From: Ramazzottius varieornatus
Taxonomy: Eukaryota; Animalia; Tardigrada
Direction of reading: 5' to 3'
DNA: 64,000 nucleotides
Assembly: GCA_001949185.1 (NCBI GenBank)
Contig: BDGG01000002.1
Location: forward strand, 5,756,448 to 5,820,447
The notes below the pieces were generated by a model, which was not told the DNA's origin, did no database searches, and worked only from the letters and a program-made list of their open reading frames with translations. The translations under genes and the position numbers were made by a program. Positions 52,895 through 64,000 of the stretch are shown in pieces (position 1 is the stretch's first letter; every line of letters begins with the position of its first letter).

Positions 52895-52934
52895 CCGGGT
52901 CTCTCCGATACGCGGTCCGATCGGAGAGACCCGG
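52895..52934. repeat. Perfect 15-bp inverted repeat with 10-nt loop
   Basis: ccgggtctctccgat-acgcggtccg-atcggagagacccgg. Confidence 0.85.
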
Positions 52935-52978
52935 ATATTTATGAAATGGTTCTAGTATTAGGGCGGTAGACGAAATTA

Positions 52979-54415
52979 CTATTGTCTGGGGTACGTACTC
53001 TGTAGAGTTCCACCCAGTTTTTGAGGTCTATCGAAGCCCGATGATCGGCAGTCCGGAACTTGTTGGCTTTTGCTGCCACCCCGACCTTGGTGTAACTTGA
53101 GGTTGCCGGAAGAGGCGCGGACCTTTTGAAAGTCTGCCTCATATGTTGTTATAGAGCTGCTTGGCCGCCGCTACAAGAGAGAACTTCTTGTATTGACTTC
53201 ATGTTGCTTTTTCCACTGTATTTTGCATAACAGTGTACAGCTTTTCGCAAACAGAACAAAGAACGAGACTTTTAGAAGACTTACGTCATGGCGAACAGGT
53301 GAAAACCCGGATCTGCGGTCTTGACTACGGTTGAGTGATCTAGTTGAGAAGCTTCTCGGCATTGACCGAAGCACGGGCGTTGTTGACGATGCAAAATCAT
53401 TCGCATCAAAATACTTTGCTTTGCGCAGAATATCTAAACGCGCCGCATTGTTTGGTGACGCATTGACAACGACGGCAGGATATATCTCAGCTGGTGCCAC
53501 TCCATCTTCGATGGTACTTCCTGTTTGCGTTATGCCTGTATATCAAAATACTCTTGAACACACATACCGTAATCACTTCGTCATTAACATACCTGCCGGT
53601 CTTAGCGGCAAATTCTCTGCTGACATCAAAGAATTCGTCTGTGTGGATTGAGAGTACTTGGTAGGTGCGTAAAACACCGGATACTTGATGATGGTTTGAT
53701 GTGAGAGGTCATCTGTTTGCTGACCACACGACACCATACCTGGAAGCAAAAATTTTGCTGATTAGCCAACGCACCAATCTTGAAAGTCAACAAGGAAGCA
53801 CCTTGGTTTACCTTCAGGTCGTTGGTCATTCCGTATCAGCTCGAGAGCAGGATGGTCACGCGATACCACCGGTATTTTATATTCGTCTTGTCTTATCAGC
53901 GTTTTCACGGCCGGATATTTGTATGTGTCAGGTTCTATTGTATCATACTGGTGAAAGGCACCGTTCGGTCTAGCCTCCCGGATCGCGACAGTCGGCTGAC
54001 TGTCATAATAAGGTTCCCAGAACCTTGTCGCTTGAGAAGGAATCTGTAGTAGGTGGTCCCGAGAGAAGTGGTCTCCACGGGCCCGCATCTTGTTCTCCGC
54101 AGCTCTTTTTCGCGAATCTTGCAGCTCGGTGATCCATTCAAGGTCGCCTCGGTCGATCTGGAAAGCGATTAACGGTGTCAATAAGCACCAAACATCCGGG
54201 AAGAACCACAGCATCCTTGCGAGTCAGGTTCGCAGCTTATGTCAGCACACCTTAGAGTTATGCAACTCGGAAAAGGGGTTCGCTGTAAGCTGTAGTTGAG
54301 CTGAGCAAGAGACAGTTCAATCCCTTACCACCTGTTCTGTTGAATTTCGGTCGATACGACGGTTGCGACGTCCCGCGAACGACTGTTCGTACTCCGACTG
54401 ATAGCTAGAAACCAT
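52979..54415 (-). CDS. Uncharacterised multi-exon protein; 3' end uncertain (52979 or 52939)
   Basis: Five phase-compatible exons: MVSSYQSEYEQSFAGRRNRR...|IDRGDLEWITELQDSRKR...|GMVSCGQQTDD...|GITQTGSTIEDGVAPAEIYP...|RRPSSSITTYEADF... Confidence 0.6.
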
Positions 54416-55630
54416 CGTCCTGCTGTGACCTCCTTAAGGAATTGGAAAACAACAGTAACATATCAGGTCAGCAAACCGCCAACTGTCGCGATGAGAGTGC
54501 AGGCACGTTCGAGCAAGGCATCCAGAGTAGATGTCCGAGCCGCGTTCGGGATTCATAAACCTGCAAAACAACAGCACTACAAACATGAGTAAGACCGACA
54601 GAACTCACAGACCTAGAAGTACCTCGCCACTCATACGCCGAGGGCCGAAGTCCAAACGGAAGTCCCGCTCCAGGTTAAGAGGGGGCGGATGAAAGATCAA
54701 AGATCTGACAAAACTGGGAGTTTGGGATGGGGAAGAGGTGTGAGTCACAGCTGCGGAACGTCCATGAATCATGACCCATGCTCATTTGTGCGCGAGCATT
54801 GAGCAGGTCTACTGTACGCTCATGGGCGTCAGAAAATTGCATACTGTGAAGCCGAACCGTTTGCGAGGAATCGGGTACGTAGGTGCAAGTCATGAGTGAA
54901 TTTTGGCTCATGTTTGAAATCGCGGTGACGTCGTGAAAAGAACGAATTTGAAACGCGAGAAAGGCCCTAACCGAACACATCTCTGTGGCGTCAACCAGAT
55001 TGCGCAGCTGCTTGCTTGTGCCACTGCAACCGTTGATTCAATTTTTAGTCCGAACAATCAAATAATCACTTAATTATTTACAGCAGGTGGAAGTTGCTGA
55101 GGATGTCTTCTAAGATCTGTTCTTTTCTGGATAGAGCATCTCCTCATCCTGCTCCAGGATACTGATTCAAAAACAAACCTTCGATGACTTTCATGGGTTA
55201 GAGTAGTTTGTAGTTTGTCTGTCGAGGCTGATCATTGGCTTTGGTCGCAGGCATCCCCGAATTTGTTGTGCGTCTGTTTCACTCGCGTCCTGAATCCCTG
55301 CGCGTTCTGCGCCCCAGTGGATCCTCCTGCCTTCACCGTCATGTGTGGCATCTTGGCCTTCCTGGAGCAACCTTTGAGATTCACCAAACTAAATTCGTCA
55401 ACGTGCCTTTGTTGTCGTTAAAACGTCGGTCAGAATCGGGAACAATATCTTACACTAAGTCGTGTTCCCTCTCCTTGCTTGACTGGACCGCCATCAAGCA
55501 GACGTTGAGGGTAGGTGTTTGGTTGATTGACTGATTATTCATAAACAGGAGTTTCGGTTGCTTATTAAAGTTTCGTTCGCTCCAGGCTGATATCGAGTTG
55601 CTTCTTTTAGGTCTGCCTCACTGTCAAAAG

Positions 55631-58600
55631 ATGGCCCCTCTGAAGAAGCGTCGAAAGGCCAACAGTCGAAGATGGTCGAGAGCGGTGAGAGATCGTCCTC
55701 GACGTGCTTTAGATCGAGCCGTAAGCAACGACTACACCTATGACTTGAATGCTGCTGGGTACGTTTATTATTCAGATTATCCACGAAAGTTCAAACTTCG
55801 CAGTTACCAGTGCTGTATTGGTTGTATTGCTGTTTACAGAGAGCCAATGCTGTCGTGGGCTCAAGCTCAGCAGACTGTGAGGCTTATGCGAGGACATTCG
55901 ACAGAAAGATTTACGATAGCCAATGAACTCCCTCTCAAATACGAAACGTCTTCCACTGCGGTGCCTCGCGAAATCACTAAATCTGCAAAGAAGAAGATTG
56001 CCACGGCGCTCCTCTCAGCGGCAGGCTCGTTTGAGGTTGTCGAGGCTCTACAAAAGCCCGTCGAGAACGTCGTTGCACCTCCAGATGATCAGCAGGAATC
56101 GTATGTCTGCGATGAGGAGGTACGACCGTCAAATAGCGCCACTCGGTCCTGTAACGGTGTTCTAATGTCTCTCTTTTGCACAGGACATCGAAATGCTAAA
56201 GATCATCACCGAACGAGAGCTACAGGGGGAACATAATCGGCTGACAGTGACCCACTTCGAAAACACCATCACTCTGCTGGAGCGAGAGTCGATGCGATTT
56301 GTGAGAGAATCACTCTAGAGTTATAATCTCTTTAAGTGCAGTGGTAAAATAGCAAACCAATATTTCTGTGTTTTTGTTTAACTTAGCGAGGGACGAATTC
56401 CAGCTTCATCTTGCCGGTGGACGAAGACGCCGTGTGTTCTGTTTGCCAGAAAGGCGACTGTGACAATACCAACATGATCCTTTTCTGCGATATGTGCAAC
56501 CTTGCCGTTCATCAGGTTTGTCCTGCAGAACTTTGTAGCATATGAGCTTCTACTAGATGAGTCTTATTTGTGTCTTGCAGGAATGTTATGGAGTGCCGTA
56601 TATTCCAGAAGGGCAGTGGCATTGTCGTCGCTGCATGGTTTCCCCCTCGAGACCAGCCCAGTGTGTCCTCTGTCCGAACTCCGAAGGAGCGCTGAAGCAG
56701 ACGGAAGATGGTCACTGGGCTCACGTCATCTGTGCGATGTACATTCCCGGGGTCGCATTCAAAAGCACACAGCTCCTGGAACCGATCGTCAACATCGAGA
56801 CCATCGAGAAAAGCCGTCACAAACTGAGTTGCTGCATATGCAAAAAGCAAGAAGGCTTTGACAAGACCAAGAAAGGTAGGGAATCCGTTTCAAAAGGACT
56901 TCTGAACGGTATTCTTGATGTTTGGTTTCTTTACAGTTGGAGTCTGCATCCAGTGTAAGGAACCTGCCTGCAAGGTCGCTTTTCATGTGACATGCGCGCA
57001 GAAGGCGGGGTACTACATGGACCTGAAGCCGGCCAAAGACGACGAGAAGGACAGTAAGGATAACGTGAAGAACGAGGACGACGACGTGGAAGCTATCGCC
57101 TACTGCGAGAAGCATTCGCGTGAGCAGCCTCAGAAGAAGGATGCCCGCAGTTCTTCATCGCTGTCCAATAGACATGCCAGCGCGAATAAAGCTCAGCAGC
57201 AGAATCGGATGGAAAGTCTCAATATCGAACCTGCGAGGTAAGAAAGGCAACTGCGAGATACTTTATGTTTCACTCTGAATAACAAGTGAGGTAAGAGTAT
57301 TCATAGCGTTTTATTGCAGCCTCATGAAAATCGCCAAAGAGATGAAGCTTGACAAGAGACCGAAGCTCTTCATTCTTATTCTCAACTATTGGAAGTCGAA
57401 GCGACGAGCCAGGAATGGTCTACCACTGCTCAAACGACCCAAAGGTCGCAATGTTGTAGCTTTGAGAACGGTACGTAAACCATCTAGCTTCTTCTTTCTT
57501 CGTGCCACAACCCCGACAGCTACTTTGACTTGAGAACTGGGTCCTGAACGTAATCTCGTCTGGTGTTGCGTAGGCTAACCACGAGGAGTTAGAGACTCAT
57601 CGCTGCATGTTCAAGGCAGCACGTCAGCAAGCCGAAAAGCTGCGCACACTGATAGAATATCAGCTGAGGAAGGACAAGATCGATTTCAAACGCGTAAGTC
57701 CTGCACTCATACTCTGTTAGAGAATATGCAGGAGGAATCTTGCGGACGTTTGTCGACTTTTACTTCGTGCAGGACAAGCTGCTGGATGTCAGGCAAGGTT
57801 TCGAAGTGATGCCAGCGAAGAACATTCTGGAGCACGTTTTTGACCGTATCAAGGCGGTGGACAAAGACAACTACTTCGCAGTCCCTGTGACGGAAAAGAT
57901 CGCGCCAAAATATTTCTCCATCATCTCGCACCCAATGGCCTTCTCTACCATGGCCAAGAAGCTGGAGGAACCGCGTGCTTACTCTTCGTTTGAAGAATTT
58001 GAGGCCGACGTCAACCTCATCATCAATAACTGCCTGAAGTACAACCAGTCCGACACAATTTTCCATAGGTTCGCCTTGACTTTCCGCGAAATGGTAAATA
58101 TCTTTCTCTGCAAGTTTTTGGTGCGAATCAGGATGGAGACTCTGACTTTGGTTATCTAGGTCAAGCCTATGCTGGAGGAAGGCAGAAGAGACTACAAGGA
58201 GTACGTGGGTCGAGCACGAGAGGGCACTTCGCTGTACCAGCTTACACGACTGGAGACCGATGTCATGGATCTCGATGACAGTCCCGTGTCTGGAAAGACT
58301 GGCACAGAAGATGACCTGCTAAGCGAGGTTTCGACCACCGGTGACGACTTGAACGGTAAGTCTTCTGATGGCAGTCAACGAGTTGCATATCCTGCACCTG
58401 CATGCGCTTGACTACTATCTCGCCGTATGGGGGTGTGCAGGTGGATGAACTGTGGTGACGCAGTGTGAACCTATGTACCGGAAGTTGCTCTACTCTCATG
58501 TACCTGCATACATCTCAAACTGTTTTTATCGTGGTCTGCGTGTACGGGGGTGCATTTGACATGTTGAACTATTGCTAATGTAGGTCATTTGCTTTCCGTT

Positions 58601-59967
58601 AGGTCGAGACGCAAATGTGGCAGAGCCCAATGACTTCGGCACCTCTCCTGCGCAAGAAGATCATCTTGCCTCTACCAGCTCCTCTTCCGCTACATGCTCC
58701 AGTCCTGCTGCTCACTGCCGAATGATACCATCGAGCCCAAAGTCGAGAAAGACCCCTTTCCCGCACGAGCTTCCTACTAATGGTGATACCCCGAAGAGCG
58801 ATCAGTCTGGTCCTTCTCGGAAACGATTGAGGACAGCATCAAGAAGTTCGGAGGACAACCATGCATCAGGTAGTTACGTACCGACACAGTCCAGTGATGA
58901 AACAGCAACATTTCCTCCTGTTCCGACAGTATCACGCACGAGCCAGCATTCATATCGCAACGGTAAGATGATTTCCCTTTCTTATTTCATTCGAAACTGT
59001 AGCGAAGATTTTGTTCCTGGTTGACAGGTCGGGTTATCAACAATATCACTTCCGAGTCAGAACTCGACGGAGTGTTCGCTTCCGAAGACTCGACAGATCT
59101 TCCGTCAAGCGACTATGATATTGACTCGGACAGTCCTCTGCATCGTCCCATGACTCGGGATTCCAAGCGTCGTCTTTCATCCAACCTTCACTCTGGTCGG
59201 CAGTGGATCGACTTCCGACCTGGCGATCTCGTCTGGGCTAAATTCGGCGATTCTCCTGCCTATCCTGGCTTCGTAAGTCAACGCTGCGCACGGCACACAT
59301 ACCAAACTTTGATGGCACTATTTACAGTTTAACAGACCTTTCGTCTTTGTTTCAGATATCAGACCCCAAAGCCGCCAAAGGTTTCTCAGTGAAAGACGGA
59401 ATTTTTACAATACCTGCCCCTCCGCCAGATGTGCTGAAAAAACGGAATGAGCTCAACGCTGATGCCAAGTGTTTGGTCTACTTTCTGGATGCTGCGCGCA
59501 CATGGTGAGTCGTAAATCTGTCAAAGTAGAAACTTGCTTAGTGAAACGGAAACTCGGCTAACAAACTCGACGGGACTGTTTTCCGTAGCGCACAGTTTCA
59601 GTGCAAATGGTCGAAAGCGTGCGCCACTTGAGAAAAAGGGTCCTGTTGAATCTGTTTTCCGTTCTTCCTAATGTTTCCTTTGTGCGATCTAAGGACAGAA
59701 GTAGAATGAGCGAAAGGCAGAACCCTCGTACTAGATAGAGTATTACCCTTGATTTGTCGTAGGGCGTGGGTCCCTCGTGATAAATTGGACTTCCTTCTGC
59801 TGGACGACGCCAAAGACAAGCTGAAACTAAACGAGTCAAAGAAAGTGAAAGACAAGAACGCTGTGCGGAAAGCCTTCGACTTCGCCAAGATCATTTCTAC
59901 CACTCCATCGGCAGCATCGAAGTTCCTTCATGTGAACGGATCCACCCCCGGCTTTGGTCAGGGATAG
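55631..59967 (+). CDS. BRPF1: BRPF/peregrin (Br140) chromatin scaffold: EPC-like, PHD-Zn knuckle-PHD, bromodomain, PWWP
   Basis: [10 protein letters not shown]; [50 protein letters not shown]; [17 protein letters not shown]; bromodomain NCLKYN; PWWP-like [15 protein letters not shown]. Confidence 0.93.
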
Positions 59968-61017
59968 AAGATCTCTGCTGATACATCGTACCTTTCTTCC
60001 TCCTTCTTACGTTGAACTGTTCTGGTTTTACCACATTATCTTACAGATCCTAGTTACCAGTCAGTACTACAACTGATATCTTCTCGTTTGACGGATGGTG
60101 ATCCACCCTATGCTTTTTGTGACCACCGGTAGGATTGCGTAATTCAACGTGGATTTTTGATTTTTCATAAGAATACGATGGACTTCCGTTTGAGCATAAT
60201 TGTACATAAAACAAACTCTTACACAGTACTCCCACTTTCGCTACCTAATTTTAGAAGAGATTATAGGCCATTCTTTCGGGAATATTCGACTGGGAGAACT
60301 TTCTTTTACAACAAACACCTGCATGCATGCGTTCCGTGGTGAGTAGGCGCTGTACTGTATGCAGGTTCATGAACTTGCCGTTTCACATGAGCGGTCTTTC
60401 GGTCAAGAGGATTGTTTCACACTGCGCCACCCCGACGACGCTGAGGTCATGCGTGGGTCCCTGTCGATAATAAAGGATTCGTCCACTGGTTTTGACTTCG
60501 ACTGCGGTTTGTTCTTTGTAGGTGCCAAAGAATGATATCTTCGACCGTTAAATCGTTTGCGGAGCTTTGTGTGATCGCTACATGGTTTCTTTGATTGGCG
60601 AAGATGTGCTGGCCCCGTGTATTTACATCTAAAGTGCAAGGTGAGCTCGCGGCTACGAATAGTAATGATCATTGGGCTGATGTTCACGCTTGAACGAGAA
60701 CTCGTCATTTATGTTTTCAGTCGAATTCTCCGCAGCTACGCCATGTCGCTCGTCTGAATCACACCCATGCTGTAAGTATAGCATGCAATTTGGAAAGCCT
60801 AGCTGACTGGTAATAGTTACCATCATTACGTACGGGGCTAGTTGTCGCTTGCATCCGTCGACGGTCTCGTCAGACTCGTCTCACTGATCCGTCCATCTTT
60901 AGCTTTACGAGCTACACAGGTCGGTAACTTTCAATTGCTGTCAGTTGAAGAAATAAAGTTTATTTTGGAGGCTTACCGTTGTTGGCATTGGACTAAATCT
61001 CGCTCGTGACCGCCAAA

Positions 61018-64000
61018 ATGCCAGCTGATTCCTCGTACGAAGAAATTCGAGAGGAACTGCTGCGATCACCGGGGCAATCGAACCTGTACGAAGACCCGGC
61101 TTTTCCTCCCATACAAACTTCCATCTTTTATCACCAAAAGAGTTCCATCAAGTTTTCCTGGAGACGCCCTAAGGCAAGTTAAAGATGTTCGAACTATTTT
61201 GCCTAATATCTTTGCGTTACATTCGCGCGTCTATCTTATAGGATATCGAAGGAACAGAGAACTCCGTGTTTCTGTTGGATAATTCATCTTTTGATTGTGT
61301 GCCGGGTTCTTTGGGTGATCGATGGCTGGTCAACTGTTTGGGAATACTGCACTCGTGCCGTGGGTTATTTTATCGCGTAGTTCCCGCCGACCAGAGCTTC
61401 AATGGGCCAGAATACTGTGGACTGTTCCGCTTCAGGTTCGTAGTAACTATCCGTGACGCTGATGGCGCAGTATGCTTCGGTGCTTTTCCGTCTTTTGAGC
61501 AATCTCAGAGCGTCTATCACGTAACTATTGTTGGCGATAATTACTAAAATATTTGTTTGAAGCAAAGGAAAACTGCAGTGAACGGCTAGTCTTATATGAA
61601 GGATTTTGATGTTAGTTTTCGTCATTGTAGGTTGTGGTGGTGCGGCGAATGGGTAAGTCCCTATCAAATTTATGAGAACCGAAGCTTCACTAACTATGGA
61701 TTTTCCGAATAGACGGAAGTTATAGTGGACGACCTGTTGCCGGTGGTCGACGGAAAATTAATATTCATCCAATCACAGCAAAGCAAACAATACTGGCCCG
61801 CTCTTCTCGAGAAAGCATATGCCAAGTTAGCATCATGGTCTTCAATTACTTGTCTGATCCCGTCTGGCACATATAATATTTTCGCTTTCTGAAACAGCCC
61901 CGTTGAAGTTTGAGGTAGAATTTTAGCATGATTTACGTTTGTTGCAGGCTTCACGGCTCATACGAAGCACTCAAGGTACGCCGCAAAACTTTTATATGGT
62001 TCGAACAGGAACAAAATTATGAAACCAATGGTCAAAATACTTCCGTAAATTTTTGCAGTATGGAAACCTCTTGGATGGCCTCGCGAACCTTACAGGAGGA
62101 TGTGCAGAGCAAATAGGTTTCAGTCCTGCTGCTCTAGAGCTTGTGTTCAACCGCATTTTGAATCGGACGTCGATAGTCACCGTCGTTGCGACTTCAGAAG
62201 ACGTAGGTGCTCCCTCATCAGGCTGTACAGTATTTTTGGCAGTTCCAATTTAATATCTTTCTTTTTCCAGAAATCACAGAATTTGACCCAGCTGAGAAAC
62301 GGAATTATAACCGGATGCAGCTACAGGGTGCTATCCGCGGAAGAGATACCCACGAAAACGGGAGAGCGGCAGAGGCTGCTCCATCTGCAGAGTCCCTACC
62401 AGACAACGGACTATGCATCAAGGACTGCTCTTGACCTGTACCCTCTTCAAGAAAAAGAGAGACTTGGTATTGGATTCTTGCCCGAAGGAGAGTTCTGGTT
62501 GGTTTCACGTCAAACTTGTTTATGAGACCTTTGGACAATAACCGTTGCTCCATACTCATGGTAATTGTATGCAGGATGCCGGAAGGGGAGTTCCTGTCCA
62601 CGTTTGACCACTTTGACTTGATCTACATGGACTCTGACACGAGTAGGTACCTTCCTGGTTCGTTGTTAGTCGAACATCAAGGTATACCTTATCATCTAAC
62701 GCGACACTGTCTGTATAGGTTTCGATGAATCAACTCTGCAAAGGAAGATCCCGTTTCATATGAGAGTCTGGGAGGTAAGATTTCGATCCAGCGATCGCGC
62801 TTTACCACAACCATATTTCATTGACAAAAATGGTTTCAAACAGGGAAGATGGCAGAAAGGAGTTACCGCCGGTGGTTGTCGGAATAACGTCGACACGTCT
62901 TTCCATATCAACCCGCAGTTTTTGCTCATTACGGCTGAAGACGACGAAGTAGTCATTTCGGTGCATCAACACCTATGTCTGTCACCAATCGTTATCGGTT
63001 TCAGTATTTACGTATGTAGTTCCTTTCATCTACAGTAGCTGGACGTCCACTCACATGGGTTCTTGGTCCACAGGTCAACTCCAACGCTCAGTTTCATCGT
63101 CTGGAAGCTGCTCACTTTAAAAAGCGCCACGCGACGTTGCACAGCTCGTACACGAATACGCAACAAGTGACTGCGCGATGTCGACTGACCAGTGGTCAAT
63201 ATGGTAACTACCTGAGTGCATTTGCCGTCTCCATACTCCGAATCTTAGAATCCATGTTTCTGTTTTTCATAGTGATCATTCCCACATCATTCGAAGCGGG
63301 CCAAGAGGCAGCCTTTACTTTGCGTGTCTATTCGTCCGTTCCCGTCAATCTGGGTATCCTAGATGACATCCCTGCCCAACTGAAGCCTGCTGTGCAGAGA
63401 GCAACAAACGAGGACGCGGCACACGCGAAAGTGTTCGAAGCCGCGTTTCTGCAGTTAGCTGATGAAAGGAAGACCATCAATGCCTTCGATTTGGTGGACC
63501 TGCTGGATGCCGTACTTCCAAACGGTGAGAAGCTCCCGAACTAGTCGATTTTACAGGAATATCACAATAGCCAAGTCAAGGTTCCGTGCGGCCAGTTAAC
63601 AGTGAGTCGTTGCACGGTTGTGGGCCGCGAACTTAACCTTTTTGATTGACTTTTCGCGCTCATGTTTTGTAGATTACGTGAAGAGCTGCGCAACACCCGA
63701 ATGCTGTCGTGAGGTCGTGTTAGCATTTAATGTGAGTACCGCACTAAATTTTGGTTTTGAGCTCCCACGTTTAATCTGGGATGACCTTAGCCTTTTGGAG
63801 GCGGAAGACTGACGTATCAGAGTTTTCGGGATTTCGTCTTCAATCTGCGGATTTGGCAGGTAAAATTTGCGCTCCATGTCTGTTTTGAACAGCTTGGCTT
63901 GCCCAAACATTCTGCAAACTTCGATGATCTTTTGTAGGGCACGTTCAAAGCTCACTGTTTGGGAGCTGTATTACCGGCGGAAAAGTTGAAACAAGCGCTG
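61018..64000 (+). CDS. CalpC: Calpain-C-like inactive calpain; runs off window end
   Basis: [58 protein letters not shown]...NPQF (domain III), penta-EF-hand region starts; catalytic positions substituted. Confidence 0.88.

Noticed and set aside
53762-54214. Possible myofilin similarity (RFWEPY)
   Set aside because: Only a few residues match; the rest is unrelated
58146-58159. ctttggttatctag, 14-nt match to miR-9
   Set aside because: It is an intron 3' end; remainder of miR-9 and the hairpin partner are absent

Overview
Compact, intron-rich animal genomic DNA (short GT-AG introns, tight gene packing). The style suggests a tardigrade-like ecdysozoan, but that is inference only. All gene models were spliced by hand. 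Recognisable genes: DDX39B/UAP56 (partial), SLC25A26, V-ATPase subunit e, a divergent ionotropic receptor, a LanC-like protein, a SKA2-like protein, synaptophysin, PSMA5, NELF-A, LAMTOR5, a GMC oxidoreductase, BRPF/peregrin and a catalytically dead CalpC-type calpain (partial). Mostly invisible in the ORF track: (i) two ~110-aa, four-exon, extremely basic protamine/HMGN-like genes, and (ii) four paralogous secreted Cys-rich proteins with GPI-type tails. A single ~23-kb inversion would restore both families to tandem arrays. There is also a nest of non-autonomous DNA transposons between NELF-A and LAMTOR5, several strong hairpins, and a ~10-kb stretch with no convincing CDS. No tRNA, intact rRNA or CRISPR array was seen.
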